This document shows positions 58,450 through 64,000 of a DNA stretch of 64,000 nucleotides, piece after piece. The stretch is from Candidatus Latescibacterota bacterium (lineage in GTDB: Bacteria > Latescibacterota > UBA2968 > GCA-2709665). Position 1 is the first letter of the stretch, and each line of letters opens with the position of its first letter. The notes below the pieces were generated by a model. The model searched no databases. It saw only the letters and a program-made list of their open reading frames with translations, and was not told the origin of the DNA. The translations under genes were made by a program, and so were the position numbers. The DNA is taken from the NCBI GenBank assembly GCA_965205485.1, contig OZ242180.1:2240001-2304000 (forward strand), written 5' to 3'.

Positions 58450-59499
58450 TCAATATGAGAATGCCTTCCGAAGCGGCGCCGATTTCTCCGCGCTATCGTA
58501 CCATCCCTGGGCCGCGTAATCGCCCATATGGAGATAGCATTTGATATTGACCTCCGACGCACCTTCCCGGAACGTCAGAAGCCTGCTCATCGAGATATTC
58601 CTTTTACCGTGATATCGGGAAATCGCCGCCACATTGACGAAAGTCACCCCCCATTTCCGCTCCACGTGGGACCGGCCGCCGCGGGTGTCGTCCGGATTCG
58701 TGTGGGTATGCCCGCCCAGCCAGAGGTCGATCGCCCCCGGATGCGCTTCGAGGTAGGACTCGAATGCGCCGGTATCCGGCTTCCCGCCGACGAAATGAAG
58801 GTAGGACGCGCCGACGGGCGCGCCGGCTTCGAACCGGCCGTGATACCCGCCGTCCACGCCCTCCCACGGTCCGGACGCCACCGTCGTGTTCTTCAACATG
58901 TGGTGGTGCGCCGTCACAATGATCTTGTCCGGGTTCGCTTCTACTTTCTCTCGCCACCATTCAAAGGTCTCCCGCGTCACCGCGCCGGCCGGGAACCCGC
59001 CTTTTTCTGCACGACCCACCGGAGGCCCGCCGTCGTTCCGGTCTCCCATCGCGAGAAACAGGATATTCCCAACTTGAAACGAATACCGCTCCCAGGTCCC
59101 TTCAATCGGATACGGCCGCCTGCCGGCGTGGACGTTGGAATATTCGGGATTCTCACCTGTTGGGTCCACCCATTTCCGGAACCACCACTGGCACGGCTCG
59201 TCCGGTCCGCTGGCGTCGTGGTTGCCCACGATATTGTAGAAATCCTCCCTCGGATGAAGGGTCGACGCGCTGTACTGCCGGACGACCTCTTCACCTTCCT
59301 CGTCGTCCGGCGGCGTCTGCGATCCCGAGAGATCTCCAATGTCCAGCATGATGTCCCACTCGAACGGCGGCCCGCCCTCCGCGCCGCCCGTTTCGGCCTG
59401 CACGATCGCCTCGGCCAGGCTCCGGCGATTGCCCGCCGCCAGGTCCGTGCCCACGTGCGCGTCTCCTCCCGCCCACAGCCTGAACGTCTTTGCACGCAC
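58450..59499 (-). CDS. Calcineurin-like metallophosphoesterase
   Basis: GDAHVG, GDL, GNHD, AHH, GGHTH; likely start GTG 59499 after GAGG. Confidence 0.85.
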   Translation of the reverse strand: MRAKTFRLWAGGDAHVGTDLAAGNRRSLAEAIVQAETGGAEGGPPFEWDIMLDIGDLSGSQTPPDDEEGEEVVRQYSASTLHPREDFYNIVGNHDASGPDEPCQWWFRKWVDPTGENPEYSNVHAGRRPYPIEGTWERYSFQVGNILFLAMGDRNDGGPPVGRAEKGGFPAGAVTRETFEWWREKVEANPDKIIVTAHHHMLKNTTVASGPWEGVDGGYHGRFEAGAPVGASYLHFVGGKPDTGAFESYLEAHPGAIDLWLGGHTHTNPDDTRGGRSHVERKWGVTFVNVAAISRYHGKRNISMSRLLTFREGASEVNIKCYLHMGDYAAQGWYDSAEKSAPLRKAFSY

Positions 59500-59507
59500 G
59501 TTCCGCC

Positions 59508-60917
59508 TCACTTCGCGGTGTAGTTCGCTGTCAGGGGGCACGCATCTCGTTTTATGGCGAGCAACGCCAGCCTCGCCATGCCGTGCAGCAGGTCCCCCGG
59601 AACCATCTGGGACTCGTACCACTCGATACCCGCCGCGCCCCGCACGAGATCCCTATCCATATAGATCGGAATAAGCGTTCGCGCCAGATCCAGTCCCCGT
59701 TCCAGCCAGTCGGCGTCGCCGGTCAGGTCGTAGAGGTCCGCCAGCAACTCGACCGCGAGACCGGCGTCCATCGCGGGGACCGGGACGCCTTCTGGGAAGG
59801 GGGTCGTGGAATGCCAGCGCCCCGCAGCGTCCGCCCAGTTCAACAGCCGTTCATCCTCCGTGATCCTGTAGATGCACAGGGCGATCAGCGCGACGTAAGC
59901 CAGCGGCCAGTTTCCATAGATGCTTCCCCAGACGGGGTTCGTGTTCAAGATTTCATTCGTCCCACGCCGGCAGGCGGACACGAAGACGCCGGCGTCCGGA
60001 TCGTGGGGGGCCGACAGAAAACCTTCGATATACACGCCGGCGCGCTTCCGCATCCGGTCGATCAGCTCCGGCGCGCTTCCAACGAGCAGTTCAGCGGCTT
60101 CCACCAGGCTGGCCGCAAGGGAAACCGTCTGCGCCGGGGTGTTCGCGTTGTGCATAGGCGTCGGCGCTTCGGGACCCCGCGTCGTGGACAGCAGCAGGCC
60201 GTCCGGGTCACGGTGAGCCCACCAGTAGTCCAGCATCGTCTCGATCTGCCTCAGAAAATCCGCGCGCGACGATTTCCGATAGGCAAACGACCAGTCCAGG
60301 ATGTAGAATCCGCCGTGGCGCGGGAAATCCGAGGAGGCCGGCCCGCGTTCGAGGCGCTCTCTCCGCTCGACGTGGGCGTGACGGATATATTCTCTGGGCT
60401 CCCCGTCCTTGTAGTGGTAGTCCAGCCCTTCGGCAAACCGCTCGACGCACGGTGGGTTGAACGTATGCAGCTTTTCCCACAGCCATACGGGCGCCTGCCG
60501 CAGATGGTCGTGCAGCGTGGTGCCGGGCGCCTTATCCGGAAGTGCGAGCCGATGACTGTCGCCCACGCGGTCCTCCTCGAGGTGCCAGTACGCGTGCTCT
60601 CCCCACGGGAACAGGCCGGTGACCGTATCGGTGCAATGGGTCGCGAACCGGCGCAGGTACCGGTCGGCCGCTTCCCGGTACCCGTCGCGGTCCAGGGCGT
60701 ACATGATCTTGAGCAGGTGCTGGTCGTGCATGAGATTGCTGCCGAGAAAAGCGCGGTCGCCCATGCGCTGTCCGTGGATCGGCGGGGGCAGTTTCGTCAA
60801 CATCCGGTGCGTTTCCAGATCCAGCATGGACGGAAACAGACCGCCGTAGGGTTTTCCCGCCTCGACCAGCACCTCGATCGAATCGCAGACCTTGTCCAGA
60901 ATGGCTTCAGGCGTCAT
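59508..60917 (-). CDS. alpha/alpha-barrel protein, distantly polysaccharide lyase PL2-like
   Basis: SNLMHDQ.LL..MYAL...Y..AA, TGLFPWGEH recall PL2 N-terminal motifs; DLYDLTGD. Confidence 0.5.
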   Translation of the reverse strand: MTPEAILDKVCDSIEVLVEAGKPYGGLFPSMLDLETHRMLTKLPPPIHGQRMGDRAFLGSNLMHDQHLLKIMYALDRDGYREAADRYLRRFATHCTDTVTGLFPWGEHAYWHLEEDRVGDSHRLALPDKAPGTTLHDHLRQAPVWLWEKLHTFNPPCVERFAEGLDYHYKDGEPREYIRHAHVERRERLERGPASSDFPRHGGFYILDWSFAYRKSSRADFLRQIETMLDYWWAHRDPDGLLLSTTRGPEAPTPMHNANTPAQTVSLAASLVEAAELLVGSAPELIDRMRKRAGVYIEGFLSAPHDPDAGVFVSACRRGTNEILNTNPVWGSIYGNWPLAYVALIALCIYRITEDERLLNWADAAGRWHSTTPFPEGVPVPAMDAGLAVELLADLYDLTGDADWLERGLDLARTLIPIYMDRDLVRGAAGIEWYESQMVPGDLLHGMARLALLAIKRDACPLTANYTAK

Positions 60918-60961
60918 GGTCTAAATCCTTCAATGCGGTAAGAGGGTCGACGGTAGACCAC

Positions 60962-60991
60962 TTGCATCCCTTCACCGGTCTCCCTTATATT
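60962..60991 (+). promoter_or_regulatory. Possible sigma70 promoter at the left edge of the low-GC island
   Basis: TTGCAT-N18-TATATT. Confidence 0.4.
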
Positions 60992-61209
60992 AACGACTCT
61001 GTCAATCATAGTTAATGCAGGGAAGTTCCTTTATGTCAGAGAGCCCTTGTTCACGGACTATAACGTTTTGCGCAGATGCATTTTGCGCAGTTGGCGATAA
61101 CCGTATCCGATTCACATCGGAGCCTACTATTCTATTTCAACTGAAGTAGGCATATTCCCGTCTCTTTGTTTTGTTGCCCCGCAAGCACTTGCACTTTTAG
61201 GGAGCTTGA

Positions 61210-62503
61210 ATGACTGCCGAAGTAGCGATAATGAATAAATCAGCAGTGGCGCTTGCTGCGGACAGTGCCGGCACAATTCGGATTGGTGACGAACAAAAAA
61301 TCTTTGAAGATATAAACAAACTATTCGCGCTTTCTAAATTTCATCCTGTTGGATTAATGGTTTACGGTTCAGCTGAATTTATGGGAGTTGATTGGGAAAC
61401 AATAGTTAAGTTGTTTCGTAATTGTATCCAAGAACGAAGTTTCAATACACTGCATGATTATGTTGACCATTTTCTACGTTTTCTCGAAGAGAATAACAAT
61501 GAACTCTTTGATCAGAGTAGTCAAGAGACCTTCATTGAAGGACGAATTCGAAATGTCTTTTTTTCGATTCGGGAGGAAGTTATTAATCTCACACAACGCG
61601 ATATTGTAGACAACCCACAAATCACAACAGAACACATACAGGAACATCTGCGTACAATTGTTACTAAGCGCCATAGTGATTTTCGTGGTTATGAGAACAT
61701 TAAATCCATCTCGGGTACGATTTTCTCAGACACACAAGAGAAAGTACTACGTGAATTACTAATGCCGTCTATTGTCAAATCAAAGGAAATGGTATTTGAA
61801 AATCTTCCTCTAAGTTCAAGTATTTCACGACGACTAACCGAAATTGCTCTATATTCATTTACAAAAGAAGCTGTTTTTAGTGATACTTCCGGCATAGTTA
61901 TTGCAGGTTATGGCAGTAATGCTCAAGTTTCACCGACAACGTGTTGTTCAAATAGATAGAAAAAATACGGCAACGATTATACCGTTTGCTCAATCTGAAA
62001 TGGTTGCAGTTTTTATGGAAGGTGTTGAGCCCAAGTATCGAGCATTTTTAAGCCGTTTATTACCTGAAATATTAAAAACATACAATACTGAATTACTGGA
62101 ATTCAGTACAGAATATCCGGAAATTAAGGGCAAGTATAAACAGGAAATTTCACAAATACGCCACGATCTTATGGAAAGATTTAGTAAGCGGGCAGAACAT
62201 TATCGAAATATGGAATTCATTCAACCTGTTATTAATATAGTAGAGCACCTTCCCAAAAGTGAACTTGCTGCCATGGCAGAATCTTTGGTAAACCTCACTT
62301 CGTTTCGACGCCATGTTACTCCTGCCGCAGAGACGGTTGGTGGCCCAATTGATGTCGCAGTAATTCGGATAAATTCACACGGGGATGGATTTATTTGGAT
62401 TAAAAGGAAACATTACTTTCAACCGGAATTTAACCCACATTTTCTTACTAACTATTATCGGAGGACAATCGATGGTCCAGTCAAAGAAAACCAAACAGAG
62501 TAG
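61210..62503 (+). pseudogene. Proteasome-beta/HslV-like Ntn threonine hydrolase with large insertions, split by a frameshift near 61918
   Basis: ORF1 M-TAEVAIMNKSAVALAADS (Thr1, Asp17)...NKLF...GIVIAGYG; ORF2 IIPFAQSEMV...ELAAMAESLVNLTS...ETVGGPIDVAVI...WIKRKHYF; markedly AT-rich. Confidence 0.75.
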
Positions 62504-62651
62504 CTTTCGGTCGATAAAGGAGGTAAAGGCTGCACTTTTGCCCAATCTCTTAGCTGCTGAAGAGGAACGCGAATTTTACAGGTCAATCGAGTTATCGATA
62601 CCGAAAGCCAAGCTCATTATACAAAAAAGAGAGATAGAAAAACCGGAATAA
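62472..62651 (+). CDS. Small hypothetical protein (59 aa) overlapping the Ntn hydrolase 3' end
   Basis: RBS GGAGG then ATG 62472; MVQSKKTKQSSFRSIKEVKAALLPNL... Confidence 0.55.
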   Translation: MVQSKKTKQSSFRSIKEVKAALLPNLLAAEEEREFYRSIELSIPKAKLIIQKREIEKPE

Positions 62652-62850
62652 TCTATGTTTCAATCTCTCTCTACCCAACAGATGTTGTCTAGTACCGGGA
62701 ACTCTCGACAAGTTGTTCTCAGCGTGCAACCTATAGCGTGACATAGATTTAATGGCGAGTCTCAAGCAACCTTCTTGTTATTTTCGATAACAGAGTGTCC
62801 CCCATCTGATCACTCGATTCAATACAGCTTGTCCACAGCACAAAGCGAAT

Positions 62851-62880
62851 AAAAGCCCAGGGCCTCCCCTGGGCTTTTTT
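62851..62880 (+). terminator. Intrinsic (likely bidirectional) terminator
   Basis: AAAAGCCCAGGG-CCTC-CCCTGGGCTTTTTT. Confidence 0.8.
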
Positions 62881-63262
62881 GCCTACAATCCCCCACCAAA
62901 CTCCCATAATAATTCGTTAATAAAAACAGCATCTTATGTCAATATTGTTAGGGTGGAGTTACCCGTGACAGGTTTCACCGACCAAGTTTGCACCATCGCC
63001 CAATTGTTATTGATAGACTTCAGATCGTACAGGGTAGCGTTTTTGGGGGCTGTACGGGAAAAGGAATCGAAAACCGGTGGTTCCAACCTAACTCCGGGTA
63101 GACGAAAAAGATCGTACGGTGTGGGTGCGATTTAAACGACCAAGCAATGATGTCCTCTCACTTCTTCAGTCCGACCGCCTTTTGCTGATCGCTGTGTTTC
63201 CCTTTGTGTCTTCGTTTCTTCGTGTGAGCTGAATCCCGGTATTTGCGGTTTAGGGCCACGGG

Positions 63263-63373
63263 TTGAACCCTTCCGAACGTTTGGGTATATTTCCCTCCCA
63301 GGGGTCGAGATGCGTCGTATCTGCGGCGTCCGGACCGGAAGGACAGACGCCGGGTCCAACGTAGGAGGAGACC
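63263..63373 (+). promoter_or_regulatory. sigma70 promoter followed by a structured ~75-nt 5' leader
   Basis: TTGAAC-N17-TATATT; leader stems AGATGC/GTATCT and CGGCGTC/GACGCCG, plus GGACC/GGTCC; RBS AGGAGGAG. Confidence 0.5.
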
Positions 63374-63991
63374 ATGTCTGACGAACCCGAAAGAATCCGT
63401 GTGACGCGCGAATCGAGCGTTGAGGTGAACGTCGGTGCGATGTCCAATCCGGAACGGGTCAATGGTTGGAGTCGCGGATGGATTGCGCTTCTGGCTTCGC
63501 TTTCTACTTTGTTGTTCGCGACTTCATGCGGTCGGAACGGTCCGTTCGAACCGGTGAGCGCAGATGAAGGAGAACGAATCAGGACGACGATGGACGGGCG
63601 GTCGTTTCGTCAATTCGAGCCTTCCAGGGACGCGAGTCCGAGAAAGGGCGTCATCCTCGATTTTACCGGCGGGTTCAACCTCTGGGCCCAGTATGCCAGG
63701 GACGCACACGCCGTAAACGAATGGGAGGTATGGGCGAAAGATTATCGGATTGAAAAGGCAGGCAACGGTTCGGAATTCAGGATTTCCTTCGTCACGCCGA
63801 ATTCGACGCAGACTTTCCCCGAGAAGTGCGATAACTGTATTCAGACCTCGGGCGTTTCCATTTCGATCCGGGATCTTTTCGACAGCGGAAAGATATCGTT
63901 CAAGGTAAACGACCCGGACGGTAATCTGCCCTCGCCGTTTCCTGTTTTCAAGTCCTGGACGAAGTTCAGCGAAGACGAATATTTCGATTAG
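63374..63991 (+). CDS. Hypothetical lipoprotein
   Basis: Hydrophobic stretch and lipobox-like LLFATS-C; start may be 63374 or 63439. Confidence 0.65.
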   Translation: MSDEPERIRVTRESSVEVNVGAMSNPERVNGWSRGWIALLASLSTLLFATSCGRNGPFEPVSADEGERIRTTMDGRSFRQFEPSRDASPRKGVILDFTGGFNLWAQYARDAHAVNEWEVWAKDYRIEKAGNGSEFRISFVTPNSTQTFPEKCDNCIQTSGVSISIRDLFDSGKISFKVNDPDGNLPSPFPVFKSWTKFSEDEYFD

Positions 63992-64000
63992 GGGTTGCGT

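Noticed and set aside
534..60941. Other long plus-strand ORFs (e.g. 32109-33977, 34142-35806, 50222-51811, 56005-57600, 59490-60941)
   Set aside because: Antisense shadows of well-supported minus-strand genes; Arg/Pro/Gly-rich with no recognisable domains
61900..61960. Programmed ribosomal frameshift in the Ntn gene
   Set aside because: No slippery heptamer or stimulatory structure at the junction; looks like a deletion
61000..62950. Integron cassette or prophage origin of the low-GC island
   Set aside because: No convincing attC (RYYYAAC...GTTRRRY), integrase, tRNA or phage gene seen
1..64000. tRNA, rRNA, retron/RT or transposase genes
   Set aside because: None recognisable by eye; small ncRNAs could be missed without covariance searches

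Overview
GC-rich bacterial chromosomal window. The DUF6785 membrane proteins, expanded PhyH dioxygenases and TonB-receptor/T9SS-CTD/PorV cassette suggest a Latescibacterota/Gemmatimonadota-like, possibly sponge-associated lineage (inference). About 61 kb is an almost entirely minus-strand catabolic supercluster. Its uptake part is an outer-membrane cassette (beta-barrel, TonB-dependent receptor, T9SS-CTD/Fn3 protein, PorV-like protein) plus two DUF6785/DUF6784 inner-membrane proteins. Most of its enzymes lack signal peptides and occur as paralogues: 4 GH42-architecture proteins with an unusual N-D-E motif (one missing from the ORF track, at 1-1130), 4 five-bladed propellers, 3 PhyH dioxygenases (one with a halogenase-type HxG motif), 2 C45 Ntn hydrolases, CocE, SGNH, sialidase-like, PL2-like, phosphoesterases and sugar-acid enzymes. 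Six toxin-antitoxin cassettes sit in the intergenic gaps, several with decayed toxins, including a HipA-like kinase collapsed to about 250 bp. There are also two MITEs and several REP-like palindromes. The window ends in a low-GC island carrying a frameshifted proteasome-beta-like (Thr1/Asp17/Lys) Ntn protease with a small partner ORF, followed by a lipoprotein gene behind a structured, riboswitch-like leader. No rRNA, tRNA, CRISPR array, integrase or transposase was seen. Family assignments come from motif recognition by eye, not from database searches.
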